A stretch of 32,000 nucleotides of DNA from Alphaproteobacteria bacterium (GCA_046542355.1 JBKHBN010000001.1:129215-161214), one strand, 5' to 3'. Positions 18,791 to 28,426 are shown, counted from the stretch's first letter. Made by a program: numbers and translations. The notes: generated from the letters alone by a model not told the origin.

Positions 18791-20749
18791 ATGAGTGCTA
18801 AAAAGAAAACAAAAGAAACAGCAACCACAGAAGAACACCAAAGCTTCGGCGCTGATGTCGCGCGCCTTCTTAAAATAGTAACGCACGCCCTATACACAAA
18901 TCACGATGTTTTCCTCCGCGAGCTTATTTCAAACAGCGCCGATGCGTGTGACCGTCTGCGCTACGATGCAATTTCCACCCCCGCCCTGACCAAGGATAAT
19001 CCGGAGTTTCGCATTTGCACCTATCAGGATACAACCACGCGCACATTAACCGTAGTTGATAACGGCATCGGTATGAGCAAAGAAGAACTCATCGAAAACC
19101 TTGGAACAATCGCAAAATCGGGCACTGCAGCTTTGATGGAGCAAATGGAACAAATCAAAGACAACAAAGACAGATTAAAACTGATCGGACAATTCGGCGT
19201 CGGCTTTTATGCTGGGTTTATGGTCGCCGACAAAATTCAGGTTGTCTCCCAAAAAGCGGGCAGCGACGACATATGGGTATGGGAATCAACCGGCAGCGAT
19301 AGCTTCATCGTCCGCAAACCAAACAGCATCGAAGCAAAACGCCTTGATGGAAAGCGCGGCACAGCGGTTACCCTATCCATAAAGGACGAAGCATCCGAAT
19401 TTCTGCTGGATCATAAAATCAAAATGACCATTAAGGAGTACTCTGATCATATCAGCGTCCCGATTTTCCTTGGAGCACCAGCGCTTGTATCACAAGACAA
19501 GGATGCCGAGCCAATCAACAGCACATCGGCGCTATGGATGCGTTCTCAATCCGACGTATCAAAAGAAGACTATGACGCATTTTACAAAAACATTTCCGGC
19601 GGTTTTGATGAACCGCTCATGACATCACACTGGAAAGCCGAGGGAAAAATAGAGTTCAGCGCCCTGTTATTTACCCCCACCTTGCGCCCATGGGACTTAT
19701 TTGATCCATCCCGCCGCAATTTCGTAAAACTCTATGTACGGCGCGTCTTTATCACAGACAGCCTCGAGAACCTCATGTATCCGTGGCTGCGCTTTATGCG
19801 CGGCATCATCGACATCGAAGATTTGCCACTTAACATCAGCCGCGAGTCCTTGCAACACAACCCGACGATCGATAAAATCCGCAACGCCGTAGCGCGCAGA
19901 ATTCTCAATGATCTTGACAAACTATCGCGCAACGATCCAGCAGCTTTTGCAACATTTTGGGGACAATTCGGCCCGGCTTTAAAAGAAGGACTATATGATG
20001 CGACCGAGCACCGCCCCGCACTGTTAAAAGTGTGCCGCTTTTATTCCTCACACGATGACGGTCAAACCCTGACCACACTGGCCGATTACGTAGAACGCAT
20101 GAAGCCCTCACAAAATAAGATCTACTACCTCAGCGGCGAGTCACTGGACAATATCAAAAACAGCCCGCAGCTCGAAGGCTTTAAATCCCGCGGCGTAGAG
20201 GTTCTGTTTTTCACAGACACAATCGACGATTTCTGGCTGCAAAGCGTTCTGGACTATAAGGATATCCCCTTCCAGTCTATCACAAAAGGCGATGTGGATT
20301 TTGATTCTCTGGATCAGGATAAAGCCGACACCACAAACACCGAAAAAGACAAAAGCAAGGAAGAAGAAAAACAAGGCGATGAAAACACCAGCGCCTTAAT
20401 CACAAAAATGCAGGAGCTTCTTCAGGAAAAAGTGCACAATGTACGGAAATCCAAACGCCTGACCAGCTCTGCCGTTTGTCTTGTCGCCCCCGATAGCGGT
20501 GTTGATATGTATATGGAGCGTGTCTTGCGCCTGCACCAGAAATACGAAACAAACACAAAGCCGGTCTTGGAAATTAATCCCGACCATGCGCTGATAAGAA
20601 AAATGGCGCAATTACTGGAAAAAGGTGAGGACATCAGCGATGCAACATGGATGCTGCTCGATCAGGCAAAAATCATCCAGGGAGAGCCAATCGACGATCC
20701 GAACACATTCGCACAGCGTATGTCGGATTTCATGAACAAAGCCCTGTGA
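18791..20749 (+). CDS. htpG: Molecular chaperone HtpG (Hsp90 family)
   Basis: 652 aa. N-terminal ATPase motifs (LLKIVTHALYTNHDVFLRELISNSADA, GQFGVGFYAGFMVADK). SD GAGGAG upstream. Confidence 0.95.
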   Translation: MSAKKKTKETATTEEHQSFGADVARLLKIVTHALYTNHDVFLRELISNSADACDRLRYDAISTPALTKDNPEFRICTYQDTTTRTLTVVDNGIGMSKEELIENLGTIAKSGTAALMEQMEQIKDNKDRLKLIGQFGVGFYAGFMVADKIQVVSQKAGSDDIWVWESTGSDSFIVRKPNSIEAKRLDGKRGTAVTLSIKDEASEFLLDHKIKMTIKEYSDHISVPIFLGAPALVSQDKDAEPINSTSALWMRSQSDVSKEDYDAFYKNISGGFDEPLMTSHWKAEGKIEFSALLFTPTLRPWDLFDPSRRNFVKLYVRRVFITDSLENLMYPWLRFMRGIIDIEDLPLNISRESLQHNPTIDKIRNAVARRILNDLDKLSRNDPAAFATFWGQFGPALKEGLYDATEHRPALLKVCRFYSSHDDGQTLTTLADYVERMKPSQNKIYYLSGESLDNIKNSPQLEGFKSRGVEVLFFTDTIDDFWLQSVLDYKDIPFQSITKGDVDFDSLDQDKADTTNTEKDKSKEEEKQGDENTSALITKMQELLQEKVHNVRKSKRLTSSAVCLVAPDSGVDMYMERVLRLHQKYETNTKPVLEINPDHALIRKMAQLLEKGEDISDATWMLLDQAKIIQGEPIDDPNTFAQRMSDFMNKAL

Positions 20750-20788
20750 GTAAACACTAAAGAATCAATATTAATCTCAATAATATCT

Positions 20789-22243
20789 CTATGGAGAAAA
20801 ACTGCAACTCCCCTGACCTCTAAGTGAAGACGGCGCATCAAAAGAACAGTGGGGATTGGGACACACCGCATCATAATAGGACGAACCACCAGGCCTTACA
20901 ACAATCAGCCCTGTCCTGATAGGTGGTTTGCAACTGAAACCCGTCGCATTCTCGGAATCAATCAAATCCCAATAAGGCTCATACGCATCTCCGGCATATA
21001 TCCCATCAGGCACGGATCCCGGCAAAGAAGTGGTAATATCAAGCGTCCTTTTCCATCCTGGCTCTCCTGGGAAAGGGCCTTCTCCCGGGAACATGAACCC
21101 TGACAGCAAGGAAGAAAGAGAGGGAATCATCGCTTTAACCCCCGAAGGAATAACCAGCCCGCCATGGACAATATATTGACAAGCAATATCCTTTGCATCC
21201 ATATCAAGGTGAATTAATCGATCATCAGGCGGACGACACCCCTTCCGAACACGATCAAACTCATAGTTCGTGTCAGTCTCATCATAATACTCCTCATATG
21301 GATAAAAACCATCATGATCCACCCATGTATATGGATCATCAGTACCTTCCTCATAAAAATGCAACGATTCTGACTCACTGGCAAAATCATAACATTGCGC
21401 ATACTTCCAGAGTTCTTGCATGCGGCCGCAAGAAGTAGGCCCCTTGTAGATACCGGAAGACAGAAAGTCAAATCTAAAATAATAAGGATCCGGTCTATAC
21501 AATCCAGGGAATCTATCCGGATTTTCAGTGTACCTGTCTATAGCACGGCCATCAAGCATGGCAGGATCAAAATTAGGTGATCCCAGATAACGGTGATATC
21601 CACACATAAGGGTCGGTACATGCATACCAGGATTTAAAAGTCGCTTTACCGCCGTCGCCCCAAAGCCCACAAGCTGATCTACGACCAAAAGTTCAAGCAG
21701 GCGATATTGCAAATACCCATCTGTATAAATATATGGCAAAAAGTCAGTCATATAATCAGCCATAGACACAACAGTACCGATCGCAAGGCCAGGTAACAAA
21801 ACACCATCAGCCTCTGTCGGACGAGTAGGAAAGCTCTGATCATTTTCTGAGAGCAGCCCCCAAGAGTGTTCAGCCTGATGCATCAAGTCCTCCGTAAAAC
21901 ACGTCCAGGCCAAAACACTATCAGGCCGCGTATAAATATTGGCATTTTGTGACAACTCACGCTGTCCCGCTTGCCATGCCTGCGCCCTGACGAGCTTCAT
22001 CATGTCAGGATCACATGTTTTGCGCTGTTCATGGGGGGTGATAAACTCACCTAAGGTGTTTGGAACATCAGGAAATGAAAAAAGATATTCCTCCTTATAA
22101 TCCCCTTCAGTAATCGGCACACGCGGATTACCAAACACCTCATCAATTACTGGATTCCAAAGAGTCTCATCAGCAAAAGAAGAGCTGATCCAGACAAGGG
22201 AAGAAAAACAAACCAGAGAAAAGAAACGGAAAATACGAAACAA
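20789..22243 (-). CDS. Secreted hypothetical protein, Cys- and aromatic-rich, 484 aa
   Basis: The only in-frame start is a TTG at 22243, with AGGA 8 nt upstream. It yields a classical signal peptide (MFRIFRFFSLVCFSSLVWISSSFA/DE). The mature part has 11 Cys and many Y/W/F/P/D residues. No family recognised. Confidence 0.65.
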   Translation of the reverse strand: MFRIFRFFSLVCFSSLVWISSSFADETLWNPVIDEVFGNPRVPITEGDYKEEYLFSFPDVPNTLGEFITPHEQRKTCDPDMMKLVRAQAWQAGQRELSQNANIYTRPDSVLAWTCFTEDLMHQAEHSWGLLSENDQSFPTRPTEADGVLLPGLAIGTVVSMADYMTDFLPYIYTDGYLQYRLLELLVVDQLVGFGATAVKRLLNPGMHVPTLMCGYHRYLGSPNFDPAMLDGRAIDRYTENPDRFPGLYRPDPYYFRFDFLSSGIYKGPTSCGRMQELWKYAQCYDFASESESLHFYEEGTDDPYTWVDHDGFYPYEEYYDETDTNYEFDRVRKGCRPPDDRLIHLDMDAKDIACQYIVHGGLVIPSGVKAMIPSLSSLLSGFMFPGEGPFPGEPGWKRTLDITTSLPGSVPDGIYAGDAYEPYWDLIDSENATGFSCKPPIRTGLIVVRPGGSSYYDAVCPNPHCSFDAPSSLRGQGSCSFSP

Positions 22244-22390
22244 GCAACTATCCTAATTATTGGCGAAAGTATAACAATCCATAACAAACATCATAACACA
22301 ATACAAAGCCCTCTGCATAGCTTTCACTCACCCTGTCTACACGTCCTCAAACAAGAAAAACGCCTTCCAACAAAGGAAAATAACCAGAGC

Positions 22391-22801
22391 CTATAACAAT
22401 CCCTGATAATGTCGTTCCGTCATCTCTTCAATATCATCATCAGAAAACTCAAAATACCGTCCAAGTTCCTCAATCACAACTTGCCGAATCAGATTCTGCA
22501 GATCCTCCTGCGTCTCGCACCACATATCCAAAATCGGTCTGCGATACAAAATCAGGACATCATCTTCGCTTGCTATTTTACGTGCAACCCCGGGGGAAAT
22601 TTCCTTACCATCCCTGTACAAGGCCAGCAATTCGAAGGGGTCATCAATCTCAAGATCATCAAGCGTCGTATCATCTGCCACTTCTTCAACTGCAACGGCC
22701 AAATCATCGCATCGCGATATCAACTCCTCAGGCAAACTATCCCACAAGAAACTGGCAATATCCTCCAGATCTTCAACGCCCGGAGGAACCGTATAATTCA
22801 T
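22391..22801 (-). CDS. DUF1025 / zincin-like 'metallopeptidase family' protein with a degenerate metal-binding motif
   Basis: 136 aa from the ATG at 22801; alternative starts are ATG 22822 and GTG 22840. The family pattern is present: PPGVEDLEDIA...LPEEL...DDPFELLALY...LYRRPILDMW. The expected HEIGHHFG site reads EELGRYFE instead. Confidence 0.7.
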   Translation of the reverse strand: MNYTVPPGVEDLEDIASFLWDSLPEELISRCDDLAVAVEEVADDTTLDDLEIDDPFELLALYRDGKEISPGVARKIASEDDVLILYRRPILDMWCETQEDLQNLIRQVVIEELGRYFEFSDDDIEEMTERHYQGLL

Positions 22802-23070
22802 AACGATACGCTGACATTCCATAAGAAACACCCTATCCACAAAATACTCCGCTACACTGGCAGAGAATCAAACAATACAAAAACAACAATTTACGAAATA
22901 TGATAAAGCGAATCGCACCGCAGGACAATCTATAAATCAAAGAAAACACACACCCGTTTAAAAGAACTTATTCTCAGCATCCAAGAGAAAAATAATACAA
23001 ATTTTTCGATAAACACGTCAGCTTCAATATGCTACTATCTTCATAGATTAGGGGAGGAGATGCCAAAGCC

Positions 23071-23250
23071 ATGAAAATTCAATCATCCATTCAACATACT
23101 GATATGAGTCAAATGCGCCAAAACGCCTATATATCAGGCATTCAAAACAGCACCGGGCAATCTGGGAAAACAGGCCATACCCCTGAAAAAACAGAGCGCG
23201 CTGCCCCCTTGAACGAATCACGCGGAACCCAAATCGACATTCTGGTTTAA
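23071..23250 (+). CDS. Small hypothetical protein (59 aa); its C-terminal motif is reminiscent of the YjfB/putative motility protein family
   Basis: Below the ORF-track cutoff. ATG at 23071 is preceded by GGGGAGGAG (23051-23059). Translation: MKIQSSIQHTDMSQMRQNAYISGIQNSTGQSGKTGHTPEKTERAAPLNESRGTQIDILV, ending at TAA 23248-23250. The ending G-x-x-IDI-x-V resembles the YjfB family C-terminus; this is from memory and unverified. Confidence 0.5.
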   Translation: MKIQSSIQHTDMSQMRQNAYISGIQNSTGQSGKTGHTPEKTERAAPLNESRGTQIDILV

Positions 23251-23287
23251 ATATCAAGTTTTCAAGACTTTACCACCCCCACCTGCT

Positions 23288-24514
23288 TTACGCCGCCACA
23301 CTGCGCAAGCCGTGGTGGCTTTGCCACAATCCGACCAATATATCAGCCATCACACGCACATCATCAAGACTATGCGCAGCCGTCGCTGTTAAGCGCAGCC
23401 GTTCCGTACCACGCGGAACAGTCGGATAATTAATAGGCTGCACATATATGTTATGCTCGCGCATCAATATATCCGTCACCTCACGGCAACAATTCGGCTC
23501 CCCGACAACCAAAGGCACAATATGGCTATCTCCACGCATATAAGGCAGTCCTCCAGCCTCTAAAGCACCTTTAAGAAGACCAACATTCCTAAGCTGACGC
23601 TGGCGCTCCACGCGCGATCCCTTTAAATGTTCAACAGACGCATGCGCCGCCGCCAGCACTGCCGGAGGCAAGCTGGTTGTAAATATAAATCCGGGCGCAT
23701 AGCAGCGCACAGCATCAATCACCGCAGCCTTGCCGGTAATAAAACCTCCCATCGCGCCATAAGCCTTACCAAACGTGCCCTCAATCACATCAATCCGATC
23801 CATCAAACCGCGCTCTTCAGCGACTCCGCCGCCGCGCGGCCCATACATCCCCACAGCATGCACTTCATCAAGATACGTCATGGCATTATATTTCTCGGCC
23901 AGTGCAACCGTTTCTGAAAGCGGAGCAATATCCCCTTCCATAGAATACACAGACTCAAAGGCAATGATTTTAGGGCGCATTATATCCACGGATTTAAGCA
24001 ACTCTTCCAAATGCTCAAGATCATTATGACGATAAATCATTTTTTGCTGTTTACTGTCTTTGATCCCGTGAATCATAGAAGCATGATTGAGTTCATCAGA
24101 AAAAATAACACACTCGGGCATCAGCTTCCCAAGAACACCCAGCGCTCCTTCATTGGCCACATACCCGGAGGAAAAAACCAAACCGGCCTCTTTACCGTGC
24201 AAATCCGCTACGGCCTCCTCAAGCGCCACATGATAGATCGTTGTCCCAGAAATATTACGCGTACCACCTGCACCTGCACCCGAAGCCTCCAGCGCCTCCT
24301 GAGCAGCAGCAAGAACCTTGGGGTGCTGCCCCATCCCCAGATAATCATTACTGCACCAGATCGCAACTTCCCTGCAGCCGCCCTGCCCATCATAATAACG
24401 CGCATAAGGGAAACGCCCAACAATGCGTTCTAGGGTTGCAAAAGTCCTGTAACGCCCTTCCTCTTTGACACGATCAACACAATGACGAAAAAAATCATTA
24501 TAACGCACAGACAT
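23288..24514 (-). CDS. hemA: 5-aminolevulinate synthase
   Basis: 408 aa. N-terminus ...[21 protein letters not shown]...[13 protein letters not shown], and a PLP-lysine context (EGTFGKAYG). This is the C4 haem pathway typical of Alphaproteobacteria. Confidence 0.95.
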   Translation of the reverse strand: MSVRYNDFFRHCVDRVKEEGRYRTFATLERIVGRFPYARYYDGQGGCREVAIWCSNDYLGMGQHPKVLAAAQEALEASGAGAGGTRNISGTTIYHVALEEAVADLHGKEAGLVFSSGYVANEGALGVLGKLMPECVIFSDELNHASMIHGIKDSKQQKMIYRHNDLEHLEELLKSVDIMRPKIIAFESVYSMEGDIAPLSETVALAEKYNAMTYLDEVHAVGMYGPRGGGVAEERGLMDRIDVIEGTFGKAYGAMGGFITGKAAVIDAVRCYAPGFIFTTSLPPAVLAAAHASVEHLKGSRVERQRQLRNVGLLKGALEAGGLPYMRGDSHIVPLVVGEPNCCREVTDILMREHNIYVQPINYPTVPRGTERLRLTATAAHSLDDVRVMADILVGLWQSHHGLRSVAA

Positions 24515-24707
24515 CGCAACCGCTCCTCTTCTTAAAAATCAGGGCACCAGACAAAAACACAAATGCAAGAGACATCTCCCTTTATTATAGGCTTAATGCA
24601 TAATAACAGATAATAAAAGAGGCACACTTAATTCAGATTATCTATTTTTAAGCGTTTTTCAAAACAATATTGGCCAAAGCACCGACGTTTTTTTACGCTC
24701 CCCCACA

Positions 24708-26591
24708 TTAATCCCGAAAAAAATCATATATATTCTGCGCCATAGCGCGAGATATCCCCGAAACTCTGGCTAGCTCATCTACGCCCGCAGCCTCAATATC
24801 TTTCGCTGACCCAAAGTGCAGTAACAGCGCTTTTTTGCGCTTTGCTCCAATACCGGGAATCTGATCCAGCCCGGATTGAGACAACGCCCTTCCCCGGCGA
24901 GAGCGGTGCGCTCCTATTGCAAACCTATGCGCCTCATCCCGAAGCCTTTGTAAATAATGGAGCACTGGATCATTTTCAGGAAGCTGAAACACCTCCCTGC
25001 CCTCCATAAAAAATTGTTCACGTCCGGCGTTCCTGTCAGGCCCCTTTGCAATCGCAACCACGCTCAAGCTCTGCACAATCCCCATCTCTTCTAAAACCTC
25101 CAGACATACATTGAGCTGCCCTTTTCCGCCATCAATGAGCAACAAATCCGGCCAACTATCAGACCCGGGCCCCTGCCCGCCTTTTAAAGCACGCTGAAAA
25201 CGCCTCGACAAAACCTCGCGCATCATCCCGTAATCATCAGACTGGTCTGCAATCTTGATATTGAACGTTCTATAGGCACTTTTCTCAAAACCACCAACGC
25301 CCTCAACTACCATGGCTCCCACCATATGTTTTCCGGAAATATGGCTATTATCATACACCTCGATCCTGCGCGGAAGCTCGTCTAGCCCAAACACGTCGGC
25401 GACACCTCGGCGCAGTGACAACCGTGTTGCCGAATGCGCCAGATGCCGATCCAAAGCCTGCTGCGCATTATTCTCAGCAAAATCAGCTATACGCCTGTAC
25501 TTACCGCGTTTAGGAACGATAACACCCACAGCCCGCCCGGTATATTCACATAAGGCCTGCTGTAATAAATCCGGATCCTCAACAGGCATGCTCAAAACAA
25601 TCCTCTTTGGAATCGGTTTGTTCTGATAAAACTGACCTACAAAAGCTGATAAAATAGAGCTTGGCTCCTCATCTTGCCCATGGCGCGGGAAATACGCTTT
25701 ATTCCCAAGACTGCGCCCGCCACGATAAAAGAAAACCTGAATACAGCTCACGCCCTCATTGGAATAAATCCCCATAACATCCGCATCACCAAGTTCACTA
25801 TTCACGTCATAACGTGCCTGAACACTCGTTAAAGCACGAATACGATCACGCAAAATCGCAGCACGTTCATAATCCTCAGCACGACTAGCCTCTTGCATCT
25901 CTTGAACCAAAGCCTGACGCACAGCCTCTCCCTTGCCCTCCATAAAATCACGTGCCCCCTTCACCTGTCTGGCATAGTCCGCCTTATTAACATAAGCGAC
26001 ACAAGGCGCAGTGCAGCGCTTGATATGATATTGCAAACAAGGACGGGAGCGATTTTGAAATACGTGATCAGAACAGTTACGCAGCATAAAAACACGCTGC
26101 AAGATCGACAAAGCCCGGTTCACATCACCCGCACTAGGGAAAGGCCCGTAATAAAGCCCCTTTTGTTTCTTTGCGCCGCGATGCTTTTTGACCTGTGGAA
26201 AATCATACTCCTGATCAATTAAAATATACGGGAATGATTTATCATCCCTGAGCAATATATTATAACGCGGCTTCAATTTTTTTATGAGATTGGCTTCCAG
26301 CAACAAAGCCTCTGCTTCAGTGTGCGTTGTAATAAACTCCATACGCACCGTAAGGGAAACCATTTTCTGCAACCTCTGCGATAAAGCCTCAAAATGAGTA
26401 TAAGAGCTAACACGCTTTTTCAGCGCTTTGGCCTTACCAACATACAAAACACCACCATCAGCAGCAATCATACGGTACACTCCCGGCCTCAAAGGCAAGG
26501 AATCAGCGTAAGAGCTTATAATCTCAACGCCTCTGCGAATTGAAGGAACACCATCGCCTTGATTACTTTTTTTCCCAGAAGAATTATCCAT
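24708..26591 (-). CDS. uvrC: Excinuclease ABC subunit C
   Basis: GIY-YIG domain (GVYRMIAADGGVLYVGKAKALKKRV), UvrBC-interaction region and C-terminal HhH (IPGIGAKRKKALLLHFGS). The ATG at 26591 is preferred over the TTG at 26606. Confidence 0.93.
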   Translation of the reverse strand: MDNSSGKKSNQGDGVPSIRRGVEIISSYADSLPLRPGVYRMIAADGGVLYVGKAKALKKRVSSYTHFEALSQRLQKMVSLTVRMEFITTHTEAEALLLEANLIKKLKPRYNILLRDDKSFPYILIDQEYDFPQVKKHRGAKKQKGLYYGPFPSAGDVNRALSILQRVFMLRNCSDHVFQNRSRPCLQYHIKRCTAPCVAYVNKADYARQVKGARDFMEGKGEAVRQALVQEMQEASRAEDYERAAILRDRIRALTSVQARYDVNSELGDADVMGIYSNEGVSCIQVFFYRGGRSLGNKAYFPRHGQDEEPSSILSAFVGQFYQNKPIPKRIVLSMPVEDPDLLQQALCEYTGRAVGVIVPKRGKYRRIADFAENNAQQALDRHLAHSATRLSLRRGVADVFGLDELPRRIEVYDNSHISGKHMVGAMVVEGVGGFEKSAYRTFNIKIADQSDDYGMMREVLSRRFQRALKGGQGPGSDSWPDLLLIDGGKGQLNVCLEVLEEMGIVQSLSVVAIAKGPDRNAGREQFFMEGREVFQLPENDPVLHYLQRLRDEAHRFAIGAHRSRRGRALSQSGLDQIPGIGAKRKKALLLHFGSAKDIEAAGVDELARVSGISRAMAQNIYDFFRD

Positions 26592-26858
26592 CAACACACC
26601 ACACAAAAAAACAATTTGAATACTATAGTATGGAATTATCGTTCAATCTATACTTTAGGTTATATATTATCATTATATTACAGACACTTAGAATAAATTA
26701 TTGATTTAAAACAAAAAATAATTATAAAAATAAGAATAGACTCCTAAATTTCAACTTATTGCTGTAATTTTACAATAAAAATACTTGCAAAAAATAATTG
26801 TTCCCACCATCATTGCTTCATTTCGTGTGACCTTTAAATCCGGGGGGAGGATAAACCC

Positions 26859-27491
26859 ATGCAACACTTTACACTGCGTAAATACACCGACAACAGCATT
26901 CTATATTCGGGACAATATAATTCATTCAATGAATGCCTTGAAGAGGCTATAAAAAAAACTATCGAACTGCCACACATAGACTTGAGCAACAAAAACCTGT
27001 CAAACCTGAATGCTGATGGCGCTATCATGCCCTACGCTGACTTTTCAGGCAGCAACCTTACCGGCGCAAATCTATCGGAAAGTTTTCTATATAACGCAAA
27101 TTTTACAAACGCCAGCCTGTATAATTGCTGTATGTCCTATGCCGATATAAGAAAATGTGATTTTCGCGGAGCAGGCTTCGGCGCAACCCTGATTAATGGT
27201 GCCAACATCGCAGAAAGCCAATTCTCCACCCTGTCTTGTTTTGATCTGGATTTTATCTCATGCATTAATACGAAAAACTGCCGCTTCATAGAACCAGATT
27301 ACACCCCGCGCGACATGTCTTACCCTCCAACAGTGATCAAAGGGCTACTTAGCACACCAATCATTGTTATCGGAAATCATATAAAAATCGGTGAAAAAAC
27401 ACTTAAATATGAGACAGTGCCCATTCTCTTGCAAACACTAAGCACACACGCCTATCAACAAATCGATAGAAACAACCACGAAGTGGCATAA
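26859..27491 (+). CDS. Pentapeptide-repeat protein
   Basis: 210 aa. SD GGGGGGAGG upstream. The central region is made of A(D/N)LxX-type pentapeptides (ADFSGSNLTGANLSESFLYNANFTNASLYNCCMSYADIRKCDFRGAGFGATLINGANIAESQF). By eye the gene is more AT-rich than its neighbours. Confidence 0.8.
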   Translation: MQHFTLRKYTDNSILYSGQYNSFNECLEEAIKKTIELPHIDLSNKNLSNLNADGAIMPYADFSGSNLTGANLSESFLYNANFTNASLYNCCMSYADIRKCDFRGAGFGATLINGANIAESQFSTLSCFDLDFISCINTKNCRFIEPDYTPRDMSYPPTVIKGLLSTPIIVIGNHIKIGEKTLKYETVPILLQTLSTHAYQQIDRNNHEVA

Positions 27492-27578
27492 GACAAGAAT
27501 AAAAAAACATCCGAATAAAGACAGATAATCACTTGAAAAAAGTGCACTTTACCCTTACCAATAAAGCGCAATAAGGAT

Positions 27579-27663
27579 GCGCCTGTGGCGGAATGGTAGA
27601 CGCTGCGGACTTAAAATCCGTTGACCTTAGGTCGTGCCGGTTCAAGTCCGGCCAGGCGCACCA
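27579..27663 (+). tRNA. tRNA-Leu (anticodon UAA), class II with long variable arm, CCA encoded
   Basis: Folded by hand. Acceptor stem GCGCCTG/CAGGCGC. D-arm GCG-AATGGTAGA-CGC. Anticodon stem GCGGA/TCCGT with loop CT-TAA-AA. Variable stem GACC-tta-GGTC. T-arm GCCGG-TTCAAGT-CCGGC. Discriminator A followed by CCA. Confidence 0.92.
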
Positions 27664-27691
27664 ATCATTCTCACGTCTTCTCCACAAGAAC

Positions 27692-27738
27692 AAAAAAATT
27701 GCGGCTCACAGAGGTCATATAGACCTCAAAAGCCGCAA
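27692..27738 (-). terminator. Rho-independent terminator of the OmpA-family gene, between the convergent tRNA-Leu and ompA-like genes
   Basis: Composite hairpin TTGCGGCT-caca-GAGGTC-atata-GACCTC-aaa-AGCCGCAA (27699-27738). On the minus strand it is followed by a T7 tract (27698-27692). It begins 23 nt after the stop at 27761. Confidence 0.7.
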
Positions 27739-27760
27739 CACTAACAAGTAAAGCTATATT

Positions 27761-28426
27761 CTACTCATGAAATTCAATTACAACGCGCCGGTTCTCCTGC
27801 AACGCCACACCATCCTCGGTATCGATAGCTGGCTTCTCCTCGCCGTAAGCTTTCTGATCTAAAACGCGGTTAACCACGCCCCGATCATTCAAAGCATCGG
27901 AAACAGCCTGCGCGCGACGCTGTGATAAAGCGACATTATAAGAAGATGGCCCGGCTCTATCAGTATGTCCGGCAACAGTAACCTCACGAGGCTCATAACG
28001 CTTAATCTCTTGTGCAACCTGATCCAGCACTTTTGCAGCTTCAGAACCTATACGGGCACTATCAAACGCAAAATGAACCTCATAATCATTAAGCACATTA
28101 TAAACCTTCATAGATTCAACATGCACCTTGCGCTGCTTACGCTCGGCACCTTGAGCACTTACCCTTCGCAAAGAGCACCCATGCTTCACAAAGCCCTGAG
28201 GCACAGGGAGATAGTTTTGACACGGTTCACGCCGCTGGTAATCCAGATACTGCCGCAACTCAAGTTTTTCCTGTGCACTAAGATGTTCCGTATAATCCTC
28301 ATAAGACATCGCATCCACGGAATAGTGAGCTGTAAAGCTGTCCTGCGCAGCCTCAACGTTGCCGGAAAATGCTGATATCGCAAGAACCGCAACAACGCCA
28401 AAAGCCTTTAAATTTATATGTTTCAT
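27761..28426 (-). CDS. OmpA-family protein (secreted; C-terminal OmpA/peptidoglycan-binding domain)
   Basis: 221 aa. Signal peptide ...AISAFSGNVEA/AQ. C-terminal OmpA_C motifs (VAGHTDRAGPSSYNVALSQRRAQAV...NRRVVIEF). Confidence 0.88.
   Translation of the reverse strand: MKHINLKAFGVVAVLAISAFSGNVEAAQDSFTAHYSVDAMSYEDYTEHLSAQEKLELRQYLDYQRREPCQNYLPVPQGFVKHGCSLRRVSAQGAERKQRKVHVESMKVYNVLNDYEVHFAFDSARIGSEAAKVLDQVAQEIKRYEPREVTVAGHTDRAGPSSYNVALSQRRAQAVSDALNDRGVVNRVLDQKAYGEEKPAIDTEDGVALQENRRVVIEFHE

Noticed and set aside
23048-23257. A 69-aa minus-strand ORF between the DUF1025 gene and hemA.
   Set aside because: It has no SD and an odd composition. The opposite strand carries a 59-aa ORF with a strong GGGGAGGAG SD, which is the better explanation of the open frames here.
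24600-24650. A Fur/Irr-like iron box in the hemA upstream region (TTAATTCAGATTATCTATT).
   Set aside because: Only about 11 of 19 positions match the Fur consensus when anchored on GATAATC, and there is no match to the Irr ICE motif. This is indistinguishable from AT-rich background.
27530-27562. A candidate promoter for tRNA-Leu (TTGAAA-N17-TACCAA).
   Set aside because: The -35 element is good but the -10 is poor. It is not strong enough to list as a feature.
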